From contig RQSC01000021.1 in the NCBI GenBank assembly GCA_013416795.1, positions 1 to 64,000 of the forward strand: a stretch of 64,000 bases of DNA, given 5' to 3'. Source of the DNA: Prasinococcaceae sp. CCMP 1430. Its lineage: Eukaryota; Plantae; Prasinodermophyta. The position numbers and the translations under genes are program-made. The first letter of the stretch is position 1, and each line of letters starts with the position of its first letter. Positions 26,143 through 36,458 of the stretch are shown here, in pieces. The notes beneath the pieces are model-generated. The model searched no databases. It had not been told where the DNA came from and saw nothing but the letters and a program-made list of their open reading frames with translations.

Positions 26143-26868
26143 TTAAGCAGATTGCTTTCTCAGCAGCACCGCCTGGCCGCACAGGGCCAGCACAGCGCCG
26201 AGCACCGGACCCGAAACGTACACCCACATGAGCTCGAGCGCGGTCTTGCCAGCGACGAGCGCCGGGCCGAGCGAGCGCGCGGGATTCATGGAGGCACCTG
26301 TCAGAGGCCCAGCAAAGAACGCCTCCAGAGCGACGACGAAGCCAGCGACCATCGCGACATCGATGCGCTTGGACTTGAGCACGCGCAAACGCAGCACGCA
26401 GGCGCACAGAATGAACGTGAGCACTGCTTCCAGGCCGCATGCGTGGGCAGAGCTCATGCCCTCGGCTGGCACAGTTGCGCCGGCGCGGACAACGGCTGCA
26501 GCCGCGGTTGCGCCGACGCACTGCGCCGTCACATAGGCCGCAGCGGCGCCGGCTCGGCAGTCGCCCAGATACGCCATCATGAGGGTCACGGCGGGGTTCA
26601 GATGGGCGCCTGACTCGGCGTGCGAGAGCACAATGCCAGCGAGCACAGACGCGCCGAAGGCCGCGGCGATCGCAACGTGCGGGAGGCCGAGCGCGATGGC
26701 GCCGCAACCACCGCCGACTATCACAGCCGTGCCGAGGGCCTCATACGCACACCGCCTCGCGAGCCCCGGCGCCGCGCCCACGTCCGCGCTCTCCGCGCCA
26801 TCCGCGGCGGGCGCAGCTGCGCGCGAGCTGTGGCTGCGCGTGCGTGGCCCGCGCCGCGCGGCCGCCAC
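26143..26868 (-). CDS. Aquaporin / MIP family channel; start uncertain (no in-frame ATG before the first NPA)
   Basis: SGAHLNPAVT and TGASMNPARSLGPA boxes with intervening hydrophobic helices. Confidence 0.88.
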   Translation of the reverse strand: MAAARRGPRTRSHSSRAAAPAADGAESADVGAAPGLARRCAYEALGTAVIVGGGCGAIALGLPHVAIAAAFGASVLAGIVLSHAESGAHLNPAVTLMMAYLGDCRAGAAAAYVTAQCVGATAAAAVVRAGATVPAEGMSSAHACGLEAVLTFILCACVLRLRVLKSKRIDVAMVAGFVVALEAFFAGPLTGASMNPARSLGPALVAGKTALELMWVYVSGPVLGAVLALCGQAVLLRKQSA

Positions 26869-27231
26869 GCGCGCCGGGCGCCCTGCTGAGGGTTTTCCCG
26901 TCCCCGTGTGTTCCTGACAAGGCAACGACGAGTCCTACACACAACCCATGGCACCACACATGGCACGTCATCATCCACATCCATCCATGGGGAGCGATGC
27001 AGATGCACGGGCGAGGGCTCGATCGAGCCAAAAAGTGGAACGCCGGATGTTGCGCGTTGTCCGATACCAATGCAGCACGACGAAATTCGTTCCTCCGGAG
27101 GGAGCGAGCGAGCCGGGGCGCTCCATCAAGACACATGCGAAATGAGCTCATCAAAATGAAAGTGCCCTTCGGCTGCAAGTGCGGTGCTCGCGCGCGCGCG
27201 GCCGCCCGCCCGCGCGGGGGGCCAGAGCCGC

Positions 27232-27233
<2 letters not shown>

Positions 27234-27286
<53 letters not shown>
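27234..27286. repeat. (GT)n microsatellite, about 26 units
   Basis: Directly visible in the sequence. Confidence 0.98.
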
Positions 27287-27290
<4 letters not shown>

Positions 27291-27455
27291 TTTTAAAGCT
27301 AAAAAAAAACCCTCCTTTTTGGAAACGAAATCGTCAGTGGGACCGCCAGCCGCAGTTCGAAGTGACCTTCGGATTTTATTTCTGCGTGTATTGGTCGAAT
27401 TTTTCCGCGAGTTATCCGATCGCACGCGCGCGTGCGCGCGATCGGTCCCGGCGCG

Positions 27456-27737
27456 ATTGCGGCGGCGGCGGCCGACAGCAGCGGTGCTGCCGCAAGGGTC
27501 ACCGAGCTCGAAGCTTCGAGGCCCGAGGAGCCTGGACCCGAGGATTGCTGCAACAGTGGTTGCGAGCTCTGCACGTGGACACAGCACTTCGAGGCTGTCT
27601 CCGCGTGGGAGCGGGAACTCGACGCCGCCCGCGAGGCTCTCGCAGCGGAGGAGCAGGGCGCGCTGTACGAGGACGTCAAGGAGTGCGGCAAAAAGCTCGA
27701 GGCAGGCCCGACGCCGCAGGGACGCACCTCAGGGTGA
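27456..27737 (+). CDS. Small oxidoreductase-like-domain protein (OXLD1-like); apparent non-AUG start
   Basis: RPEEPGPEDCCNSGCELCTW..H matches the P..P..CC.SGC..CVW motif. There is no ATG in this frame between the stop at 27363 and the stop at 27735-27737. Confidence 0.75.
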   Translation: MAAAAADSSGAAARVTELEASRPEEPGPEDCCNSGCELCTWTQHFEAVSAWERELDAAREALAAEEQGALYEDVKECGKKLEAGPTPQGRTSG

Positions 27738-27770
27738 GACTTTTGCCCAGATCTGACAGGTGGGTCTACC

Positions 27771-29387
27771 ATGGCCGTCGCAGCGCCGCTCCCGCCGGCG
27801 CTCGACCTCACGCACTTTTTGGTGAGTATCGGCGCCGAGCGGCGCTCGGAGCTCTATTCCAGCGAGTTCGTTGCGACGGCTGTGCTGCGCTCCCTGCCGC
27901 CGCTCGCGAAGCAGTATGCCCTGAGACTTTTGTACGTGGAGGCACCCGTCGGCGTTGAGACGGTGCGCGCGTGGCACGCCCGCGGTTGCGAGAGCCAGCA
28001 CGGTGCGGCCATGGACGCCCTGCTGCGACTGGGCGTGCTCACGCGCGTGCGAGCGGCGGCTTCAGCCGGCGGGGGGACAGACGCGGCCGCCGCGAGTCGT
28101 ACGCCAGCATTCCTTATGACTCCTGCACTGCGCAAAGCTCTGCGGGCTGCGGTTGAGAATCCTGGCGACGCTGGAGATGGCCTTCGCGTGCCGGCCGGGC
28201 TGGCCGGCACGAAGTCGCTGCCGAGCGCTGCAGATTTGCGCGAGTACGCGACTGAGTGCTGGCAGGAGCTGCTCATGCAGCTGGCATTGCACGGACAGGG
28301 AGGTGTTCACGCGCTTGGCGTCCGGAATGGCGGCGGCTACGTTGCGGGTGGCGGAGAGGATGGCGTGGCGTTCGACCCCGAGACGCTTTTCAAGCGGGCT
28401 GGCCTGGTGCGCAGCGAAGACATGGACGTTGAGGCCGAGACAATGGACGATGCGCTCGAATCGTACGCGGGTGTGCCGACGGGTGCGGCGGCGGTCAGCG
28501 CAGCAGGCACGCTGACACGCGCAGGGTATGCTTTCCTGCTGGCCGACGAGTTCACGCAGCTGTCCGTGTTGCTGCGCGAGTACGTCACGAGCATTAGCGA
28601 GCAGGGCGAGAAAGGAGGCGAGCAGATGGCCGCGCTCCTGGCATTCCTGTTTCGTTTGGCGTTTCTGCGGGTTGGTGAAGCGTACGCTCTGAAGCCGCTG
28701 CCGGAGGCGCAACAACGCTCTATCATGGAGCTCGCGGGTGCTGGCATCGTCTTTTTGGAGCCTACCACGAACACTCGCACGCCGCGGTGGTTCGCCCCCA
28801 CGCACCTGGCAGCGTCGCTCGCACAGGGCCTATCGCCCGAGACGCACGGCGGCGAGGGGGCCGATGGGGGCGGCGGCGAGGGCACCGACGGCGATGTCAT
28901 CGTGGAGACCAACTTTCGCGTGTACGTGTACACCTCGTCCGACCTGCGCGTGGCGATTATGAGCTTGTTTGTCAAGCCGCTCTATCGGCTGCCGAATCTG
29001 ATGGTGGGGCTGCTCACGCGAGATAGCGTGACGGCCGCTTGCACGCGCGGCGTATCTGCTGAGCAGATCGTCAGCCACCTTCGCAGCCGCTCGCATTGGC
29101 GTGCGAGACAACGAGCCGTGGCCGTCCCCGAGACGGTGGCAGACCAGGTGCGCCTGTGGGAGGCGCAGCGTTACAGGCTGCGCATGAGCCGCGCGGTGCT
29201 GTACGCGGGCTTCCCGTCCGTCGAGATGTCCGCCGAAGTCGCGGCGGACGCGCGGCGGCGCGGCTGCCTGCTGTGGGAGCGCGCCGCGGAGCGCAAAGTG
29301 GTGGTGCGTGCCGACGGCGCCGACGAGACGCGTGCGCTCATCAAAAGGCTCAAGCGCGAGGCCGCCGCGGCCGCCGACATTGGCTGA
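27771..29387 (+). CDS. TFB2: TFIIH subunit p52 / Tfb2
   Basis: AVLRSLPPLAKQYALRLLY, LT.AGY.FLL.D, IVETNFRVY.YT.S, LPNL.VG.LTR.SV and VPETVADQVRLWE motifs. Confidence 0.96.
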   Translation: MAVAAPLPPALDLTHFLVSIGAERRSELYSSEFVATAVLRSLPPLAKQYALRLLYVEAPVGVETVRAWHARGCESQHGAAMDALLRLGVLTRVRAAASAGGGTDAAAASRTPAFLMTPALRKALRAAVENPGDAGDGLRVPAGLAGTKSLPSAADLREYATECWQELLMQLALHGQGGVHALGVRNGGGYVAGGGEDGVAFDPETLFKRAGLVRSEDMDVEAETMDDALESYAGVPTGAAAVSAAGTLTRAGYAFLLADEFTQLSVLLREYVTSISEQGEKGGEQMAALLAFLFRLAFLRVGEAYALKPLPEAQQRSIMELAGAGIVFLEPTTNTRTPRWFAPTHLAASLAQGLSPETHGGEGADGGGGEGTDGDVIVETNFRVYVYTSSDLRVAIMSLFVKPLYRLPNLMVGLLTRDSVTAACTRGVSAEQIVSHLRSRSHWRARQRAVAVPETVADQVRLWEAQRYRLRMSRAVLYAGFPSVEMSAEVAADARRRGCLLWERAAERKVVVRADGADETRALIKRLKREAAAAADIG

Positions 29388-29622
29388 GCGCTGCACATGT
29401 ACAAATTTGCGAATTCGATCGTTCATATGCGCCATTCCGTTCCCCATCGGGCCGCCAGGTGATGCGAGCGCGGGGGCTCAGTGCCGCGGGTGCTCACAGG
29501 GGGTGTCCACTCGACACAGCGCGCGCGTTGTGCGCCTGCGCGTTGGCGCGCGCGGCGCAGGCGCTCTCGCTCACCCACACGCCGCCGACGCGCGAGCGCG
29601 GGTTGGGAGCGTGGGCGCACCG

Positions 29623-31632
29623 ATGGCCGTCGCCGCGCCGGCGGCGCCGGCCAGCGGCTGCTACGAGGCGTATGAGGTGCTGCGGACCGTCGGTGTGGGC
29701 ACGCACGGTGTCGCGCGGCTCGTGCGCGCGCGCGGCGGCGAGCGGCGGCTGTGGGTGCTGAAAGAGGTTGCGTTGTCGCCTAGGTCGCAGGAGGCCGCGC
29801 GACGAGAAGCGGAACTGCTCGCGCGACTGAGACACCCGCATGTGTTGTCCCTTCGAGAGAGCTTTGTCGACGAGAAGCGCTGCGAACTGTGCATCGTCAC
29901 CGAGTACTGCGCCGGTGGCGACCTTTTCACGGCCATTGAGCGCGCGAGAGAGGCCGGTGAGCGCTTCGCAGAGGCGGATATCGTGCGCTGGACCGCGCAG
30001 ATCGCATCGGCGCTCTCGTATCTCCACGCGAACAAGATCCTGCACCGTGACTTGAAGACTCAAAACGTCTTTCTCACGAAGGATGGCGAGGTGCGCGTGG
30101 GTGACCTCGGGCTCTCGAAAGTCCTAGAGCACACATCGGATCTCGCTACCACGGTCGCGGGCACGCCGTTCTACCTCGCGCCGGAGATCTGCCAGAATCG
30201 CCCCTACTCGACGGCCAGTGACGTGTGGTCGCTGGGATGCGTCGTGTACGAGCTGGCTACGCTCAAGCATGCCTTCGACGGCGCAAGTCTCCTCTCTCTG
30301 GTGTACTCGATCTTACAGGGCGACTACGAACGCGTCGGTGCACCCTACAGCCCCGAGCTCTCTGCGCTGGTGGATGTCTGCCTGCAGGCTGATCCCGCGG
30401 CGCGGCCCTCAATCCGAGCCGTGCTCGAAGTTCCGTGCGTTGCAGAAGAAGTGACAGGGCTCATCGAGCGGCAGAAGCAGCGAGGGGCGCTCAGAAGGCA
30501 GGCGAGCCTCGACAGGGAAACGGTCGCGGAGACGCGACATCCCGGCGAGCTGGGACGAGCTCACGACGGGGTGCTCAGCCCAGCTGCAGCAGACCGCGCG
30601 AGCGCGCATGCGTCGCAGCCCGACGAGACGCAGATGACTCCGCGAGAGAGAATGCTCGCACGCAAGCACGCAGCGGCAGACGCGCGCACGGCTGAGCTCC
30701 GCGGTGCGGCAGTCGGCATTGTCGAGACGCGACGCGGCGCACGCGCGCGCTTCGAGGCGCAATTCAACAGCACGGCAGTGGTAGTCGAAGACGCGCGCGG
30801 CGCGCGTGGGCCTACCGAGCAGCAGCAGCCTACGGCAGAGCGCCGTGGGATTGCCGACGGCGAGAAGGCATATGAGGAGCGTACAGGCTCCGCGCGAGTG
30901 GCTAACGACGGTGCCGCGTTCACATACGCAGACGCCCAGGCGTACGCGCGCGCACACGCGCATGAGGCGTTCACGTCGACTTCTGCGCCCGGCGAGGGCC
31001 TATCGATAGCGAGCGTGTCCGCACACGCGCGCGCTGCCGCGGCTGGGAGCGTCGCAGCAGCCTTCGCTGAGCGCACCGTCGCATGTGACATGGTGCTCTC
31101 GAACGACTTCTCCCTGCTCAGGACCAGTGCGGAGGAGACGACCGACAAGGTATGCAAGGAAGAATCCCAGGTGCCCAGACCTCATCGCGACCCTCCTCAC
31201 TCGGACAGCGTTGCAGATGAGGTCGGCGACGGGGATGGCTACTACTCTGACAGTTTCGAAGAGTACGATTCAGAGGACGAACGCACCGACCTCGTCGCAC
31301 TGCGCAGCTCACTGGGTGACAGCGCACTGACCGCCGACGCCGTGGACGCCGGAGCGAAACACGCACACGCGCTCGAGGACACTGCCCCCGCTCAGGGCCG
31401 TAGGCATCGCTGCGTAGAGTTGCGAGAGCGCTGCCTGCGCTTGCTGGGATCGGAGGCATTCGAGGCAGCATACGACTTGCTCTCGCGTAAGCACACAGGC
31501 GACCCGACCGTGCGCGAGGAGCTTACGAGGCTCGTGGGTCACGAGAGCTTCTCACTCTGCTTCATGGTCGACCAGTTGATCTTCCTTGAGGGGCTCCACC
31601 ACCAAGGGACGCCTCAAGCCATGGCGCGCTAA
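29623..31632 (+). CDS. NIMA-related Ser/Thr kinase (NEK)
   Basis: LCIVTEYCAGGDL, ILHRDLKTQNVFL, GDLG, GTPFYLAPEIC and DVWSLGC motifs. The helical C-terminal tail resembles NEK1/NEK11. Confidence 0.92.
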   Translation: MAVAAPAAPASGCYEAYEVLRTVGVGTHGVARLVRARGGERRLWVLKEVALSPRSQEAARREAELLARLRHPHVLSLRESFVDEKRCELCIVTEYCAGGDLFTAIERAREAGERFAEADIVRWTAQIASALSYLHANKILHRDLKTQNVFLTKDGEVRVGDLGLSKVLEHTSDLATTVAGTPFYLAPEICQNRPYSTASDVWSLGCVVYELATLKHAFDGASLLSLVYSILQGDYERVGAPYSPELSALVDVCLQADPAARPSIRAVLEVPCVAEEVTGLIERQKQRGALRRQASLDRETVAETRHPGELGRAHDGVLSPAAADRASAHASQPDETQMTPRERMLARKHAAADARTAELRGAAVGIVETRRGARARFEAQFNSTAVVVEDARGARGPTEQQQPTAERRGIADGEKAYEERTGSARVANDGAAFTYADAQAYARAHAHEAFTSTSAPGEGLSIASVSAHARAAAAGSVAAAFAERTVACDMVLSNDFSLLRTSAEETTDKVCKEESQVPRPHRDPPHSDSVADEVGDGDGYYSDSFEEYDSEDERTDLVALRSSLGDSALTADAVDAGAKHAHALEDTAPAQGRRHRCVELRERCLRLLGSEAFEAAYDLLSRKHTGDPTVREELTRLVGHESFSLCFMVDQLIFLEGLHHQGTPQAMAR

Positions 31633-31814
31633 AAAGCCTAAAACTAATTCTTTAACTCCTCGACGCGATACCTCTGCGCTCGAGGACCAGCAGTGCGGCC
31701 CGCGAGTGTCCGGGTGTTCGCAAAGGGGGCGTCGCGTGGCCGACGCTGCATGCCCTACTCCACCCGGAGTACCTACTGTGCCACGCTATTACAAAAGAGC
31801 ACGGGACGCCTCGC

Positions 31815-32476
31815 TCACCAAGACATATAGTCGTTGCTGTCGCTCATGTTGAGGTATGCAATGGCCACCGCGCCAAGCACGACCGCGCTCAAAAGCTCGC
31901 ACGCGAGTGCTCCTCCGACAATCTTCCCCGCGTGGAATAAGATTGTAGGGATGGCGATCGTGCCCACAGCCGACATGCCGGTGAGAAACTTGCCCGCGTC
32001 GACCCAGCCTTGCACATCCGATCCACCACCGCTTGCGGCATCGGTGCCGAAGAGCATCCACGGCATTGGCACCAGCACGTACCTATGAGCGCACCCAGCG
32101 TTCGCAGAGGAGCGCGTTTTCGTTGCCACCAGCAGCGGCAGCAACCCATCCACGAAGGGGAGTCAGCAAACTACGGCACAGAGTTCCACGACACAAACAT
32201 AGGCCGCGCACATAAGCGCTACCGACATCCTGCGCGCAAACACGTGTGGGCGAGCGCTGGCGGAAGAGAGGGGGGGGAGAGCGAGCATGCCGTTTGCCGA
32301 GTGCTGCAGCATGCGGGCACAGCGGCCGCACGGAAATGAAGCGCTCTGCCGCGCGTGACGTACATGATGGCAGCGAGCATGGGCCACCAGTTGTGGAAGA
32401 GCACGCAGCCCAGAATCTGGAGGAGGATACCAAATATGAGTCCCCCCAGGAGGAGCATGGCGCCGCGCGCCTCCAT
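31815..32476 (-). CDS. VPS55: Vps55 / OB-RGRP family membrane protein; intron 32083-32363
   Basis: LLQILGC.L.HNWWPM...MYVLVPMP and W.DAGKFLTG.SAVG.IAIP.IL.H motifs. Confidence 0.92.
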
Positions 32477-32994
32477 CGGCGCGCGCGCGAGCGCCCGCGC
32501 TCGCGGCCGCATAGAGGAGCACTATCTAGTTTAGTCACTTAGCAACTTTAATGGAGTAATCACGTTTTCCCTGCTCGGGGCGCCGCGCGACAAGGTGGGC
32601 GCGCGCTGTGGCCCCGGCAGCTCGGCCGTGCCGCCGCGGTGCACGTGACAACACCTCGCGCGCGCGCCGCGCAGCTGTTGGCGGAAACGCTATCAAAACG
32701 CATCCCAACGCATGCGTGTAAAAAAAAAGGAGTTTGGCTCGCGGGAAGCGCCATCCGGGCTGATGAGGCGGCTGACGTTCCCCCGACGCGGGCTGGCGCG
32801 CGAGAGCGCACCAAGCGACAGTAGCTGCGGCGCCGCGCGCGCGCCAGCGCAACTGTGGGGGGACTGTCGGCGCAGCTACGGAGGAGCGAGGGCGCGCCGA
32901 GCGCGGAATGTGCTACAAAGCGGACGCGCGCACCGCCAGGTGGTGGCGGCCGCGCAGCGCGGTGGGGGGCGCGGCACTTCGCAGTAGGCTGGCC

Positions 32995-34494
32995 ATGCGG
33001 CCGGGCTTCTACGCGGCGCGGCGGGCGAACGGGCACGAGTCGCAGCGCGAGCGGGAGGAGTGCGAGGAGCGGCCACGGCCTCGGCAGACGCTCGATGACA
33101 TTGACGACAGTAGCGATGAGGGCGATGGTGGTGGAAATGTCTGCGGTGCCGGCGCCGGAGGAGGAACGCGAGGTGCGCAGCCGCGAGGCACCACCCCGAA
33201 GAGCGCAGCCCCAGCTGCGTCTCCAGCGAGCGCTGAATGGGCGCCTGAACCAGCAAGTTGGGGGCTGAGGAAGGCGCTGCATCCAGGCGATCCTGAGGCG
33301 ACGCGAACGTATGCGCGCTCGCTTCTTGAGTCTGGCTCGCCTGAGGCAGCGGCAGTGCCTTTGCGACAGTTGGTTGAGGCTGAGAGAGCGGGTATGGTGG
33401 CGCCGCACGCGCACACGCACTACTTCCTCGCAGTGGCACTGGGCGCAATGGGCGATGAGGCGGGTGCTCTTACCGCCAATGAGCGCGCCCTTGAGCTCAA
33501 GCCTGAGCTTCTCGCTGCGCGGCGCGCTCTCGTACCGCTGCTCGCCAACGCAGGGCGCGCGAGGGAGGCGTTGGAGCATGCAACCCTCCTCACACACATC
33601 GCGCTCGAACATCAAAAGCCCGGCGCACATTACGACCTCGGCACTCTGCTGCTGCAGATGGGAGGTCGCGACGATGACGCGGTAAAGGCATTGCGCGCGG
33701 CTCTCATGCTGGCGCCAACCATGACCGAGGCGTACGTGAACCACGACGCGGCGATGCTGCGTGTTGGTCGTTTGCGTGATTGCCGTGTGTGGGCCGAGCG
33801 CTGCGCGCGCGCCACAGGCATGTGGGCGCACTCCCCCTGGCAACGCCCGCCGCACTTCGTCCCGGGGCTTGCAGCATCCGCCTGGCATGACAAGCGGCGC
33901 TTTCCTTTTGCGCTCGCACTCGAGAGGCACGCGAAAACCATCAAGCGAGAGCTCGACGCGCTCATGCCGGCTGGGAAGTGTGACGCAGTCGGTCGGCGGA
34001 TGGACTGGGGCCGAGTAGGCGGGCGATCGCATGCTGACGCGGACCTCGTCGCTGCAGGTGACTGGCGCGAGTTCGTGTTGCTTGGCGGTGGCCCAGCGGC
34101 CGAGGCAGAGGCCCGGCGGCGATGCCCACGCACGCATGCTCTGCTCTCCAGCGTGGTTGAGATCGCTGCTTGCGCCGCCACGGGTGTGGGCGAGGCGCTC
34201 TTCTCCGTGCTCACCCCGGGCTCGCGCCTGCGCGCTCACTGCGGCAGCACCAATGTGCGCCTGACGTGCCACCTAGGTCTGCAAGTCCCGGAGGGCTGCC
34301 ACATACGCTGTGGAGGTGAGTGGCGGCAGTGGTGCGAAGGAGAGGCCATGGTGTTCGATGATTCCTTCGAGCACCAAGTCGAGCACAACGGTGATCAGCC
34401 GCGCATCGTGTTGCTCATCAACTTCTTCCATCCCGAGTACCCCAGGGAGCAATGGGCGCCTATACAGCCGGCAGCGCCACCGGTGCAGGCGTGA
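32995..34494 (+). CDS. TPR-containing aspartyl/asparaginyl beta-hydroxylase-like dioxygenase
   Basis: TPR helices followed by SPWQRP, RCPRT, FSVLTPG..L.AHCG.TNVRLTCHLGL.VP, FDDSFEH.V and R.VL..NFFHP. Confidence 0.9.
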   Translation: MRPGFYAARRANGHESQREREECEERPRPRQTLDDIDDSSDEGDGGGNVCGAGAGGGTRGAQPRGTTPKSAAPAASPASAEWAPEPASWGLRKALHPGDPEATRTYARSLLESGSPEAAAVPLRQLVEAERAGMVAPHAHTHYFLAVALGAMGDEAGALTANERALELKPELLAARRALVPLLANAGRAREALEHATLLTHIALEHQKPGAHYDLGTLLLQMGGRDDDAVKALRAALMLAPTMTEAYVNHDAAMLRVGRLRDCRVWAERCARATGMWAHSPWQRPPHFVPGLAASAWHDKRRFPFALALERHAKTIKRELDALMPAGKCDAVGRRMDWGRVGGRSHADADLVAAGDWREFVLLGGGPAAEAEARRRCPRTHALLSSVVEIAACAATGVGEALFSVLTPGSRLRAHCGSTNVRLTCHLGLQVPEGCHIRCGGEWRQWCEGEAMVFDDSFEHQVEHNGDQPRIVLLINFFHPEYPREQWAPIQPAAPPVQA

Positions 34495-34633
34495 GCGCAC
34501 ATGGCTAGAGCACGCCACGGACACAAGCGCCCGCGGCGGCTCTTCCAGCCCCGTCTCGGCGAGTGGCCCGGCCCCACATGTTGCAATTGTCTGCGATTAA
34601 GTTTATTATGTTGCGTTGCCCCACGCCCATCTT

Positions 34634-36180
34634 TTACTCTACACGCTGTGGCACGTTGTACTGCTCCAGAGCGATGCCCGTGAGGACGATGCCCAATAAG
34701 ATGTGCAGCGAGGGCTCCTCAGTGCCGCGAAGCACTCCAAAGGCGGCCACTACCACCAGCGACACCGCGGCGACGAAACACTTCGCGATGTTGTCCACAT
34801 ACTTGAGCACTGCAGATACCAGCAAGCCGCTGATGCCGATCGTGATAATGCACAGGTATGCGGCAATGTTGAAGCCCTCGAAGATGCCGGTCTCCGGCGT
34901 CGCTTCGCCCGACGCCGACCGCTTCGAGCCCACTGCGAGCGCACCGAACAGCACACCGAATACGTACAGCTGCATGTTCTGCCAGTACAGGGAGTCGTTC
35001 GAGCTGGGCCCTGAACGTGCGTCGTGCGCGCTCGCGTGTCAGCCACGCGCCTGTGCGCCGGTAAAGGTGGGCGAAATCGTGAGCGCCAGCGCGGTCCCGC
35101 CCTCGCGCGCGCATCCGCGGCGCGCGCTACGTACTGGTGTTGCCGTCACCCTTGAGAAGCTTCTCGCTGTAGACGCCCGCGAGTGCGCTCATGAGCGAGG
35201 CAACGGCCACGGCAGTGTAGCCCACCACGCTGCCCCCGAGGCCACCACCACCGCCGCCCTTGAGCTGCGTGATCATGGAGCCCACAACCAGGACAATGAG
35301 CGCCTTCCAACGCAGCCAGGTGAGCTTGCGTTTGAGCAGCACACGCATCACCAGCGCAGTCACCAAAACCTGCGTCGCGAGGCGAGGGTGCGCGAGTGGA
35401 CATCACGGAGCGTGCACGGAGCGGCGGCAGAAGCCGCCGGGAAGACCAGACAGACGAGCGTGTGAGCACGCAGTGTGTGCGAGGGCACAAACATGCACGC
35501 ACGCGCGTAGCTCGCGCCAGCGCGCGCGCAGGCGGGCCAGCAATTGCCTACCTTGAGATTGGTGAGCACCTGGAAGGAGGTCGCTCCAAGTTCGCCGATG
35601 ATGACGAACGTGCAGTTGTTCGAAATGAAGTAGCAAAGGCCGGGCACTGCGAACTTGATGAAGGTGAGGGCGTCCATCGTCACCTGGGGGCGATCGCCGC
35701 CGAGCCACGAGCGCCCTAGAAGGGCAGCGCTCATGAAGAACTTGAGGACCTCGACCATCAGGGGAACCACCACCGTGTTGTATGGGTACTTGCCTGTGTA
35801 AGCGAGTGCGCGGGTGTGGTTTCGCGCCCCGGCATCAGTGCCTGCTCGCACACGTGCGAGTTGCCGCTGCGGCATGAGGTCGGGCGCGAGAGAACGCAAG
35901 GGGGGGGGGGACAGTTCCGAAAGCAAAGGTATGTGCGCGCACGGTGACGCATCCGCCCACGCGTACCGTCGACCTTGGACGCCTCAGCGAGTAGGGTGCC
36001 GCACACCGTCGAGAAGAGCAGAGCGCTGAGGCAGCACGTCTTGAAGAAGGTGGTAGGCTGGCCATCGGCGTGGAAGAGCGCGCCGCGCCGCGCGCCGCCG
36101 CCGCCGCCGCCGCCGCCTGGGGGCGCAGGCTCGACGTCAATGACGATTTCGGGCGAACTCGCGACGCGCTTGTGCGACAT
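34634..36180 (-). CDS. Nucleotide-sugar transporter (SLC35A / CMP-sialic acid transporter-like); introns 35794-35966, 35370-35551 and 35011-35134
   Basis: VE.LKF, FAVP.LCY...NN, FQVL.NLKV..TA, SALAGVYSEKLLK, SL.WQN.QLY.FG and VLKY.DNI.K motifs. All three splice junctions are in phase. Confidence 0.9.
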
Positions 36181-36458
36181 GGCTTGACCCGCCGCCCGCG
36201 CGTAGCGCGCGAGCCGAGTGGCGGCCGCCGCGCGCGGCGTCGGCCGCGTTCCCTGAGCGCGCGCGCACAGACACGAAACACCGGTTCCAAATTCGCGGGT
36301 GCGTTGGACCGGGAAAAAGTGGTGGGAAAGCGAACGCGCACGCGCCCCCGCATCTGCTGCAGCCGCGACCGCCGCTGAGGCCGCGGGCGCACGATTTGCT
36401 GTGGCCGTGCCAAGTGCTACAGGTAGGGGTATCTTACTCAGAGCTCACCATACTCGCG

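Noticed and set aside
27735-27737. UGA as selenocysteine
   Set aside because: It is not in a redox motif, and I could not identify a SECIS element after TFB2.
27734-27759. GTGAGA...CTGACAG as an intron fusing OXLD1-like to TFB2
   Set aside because: Only 26 nt, far shorter than the other introns here (59 nt or more), and removing it would break the frame.
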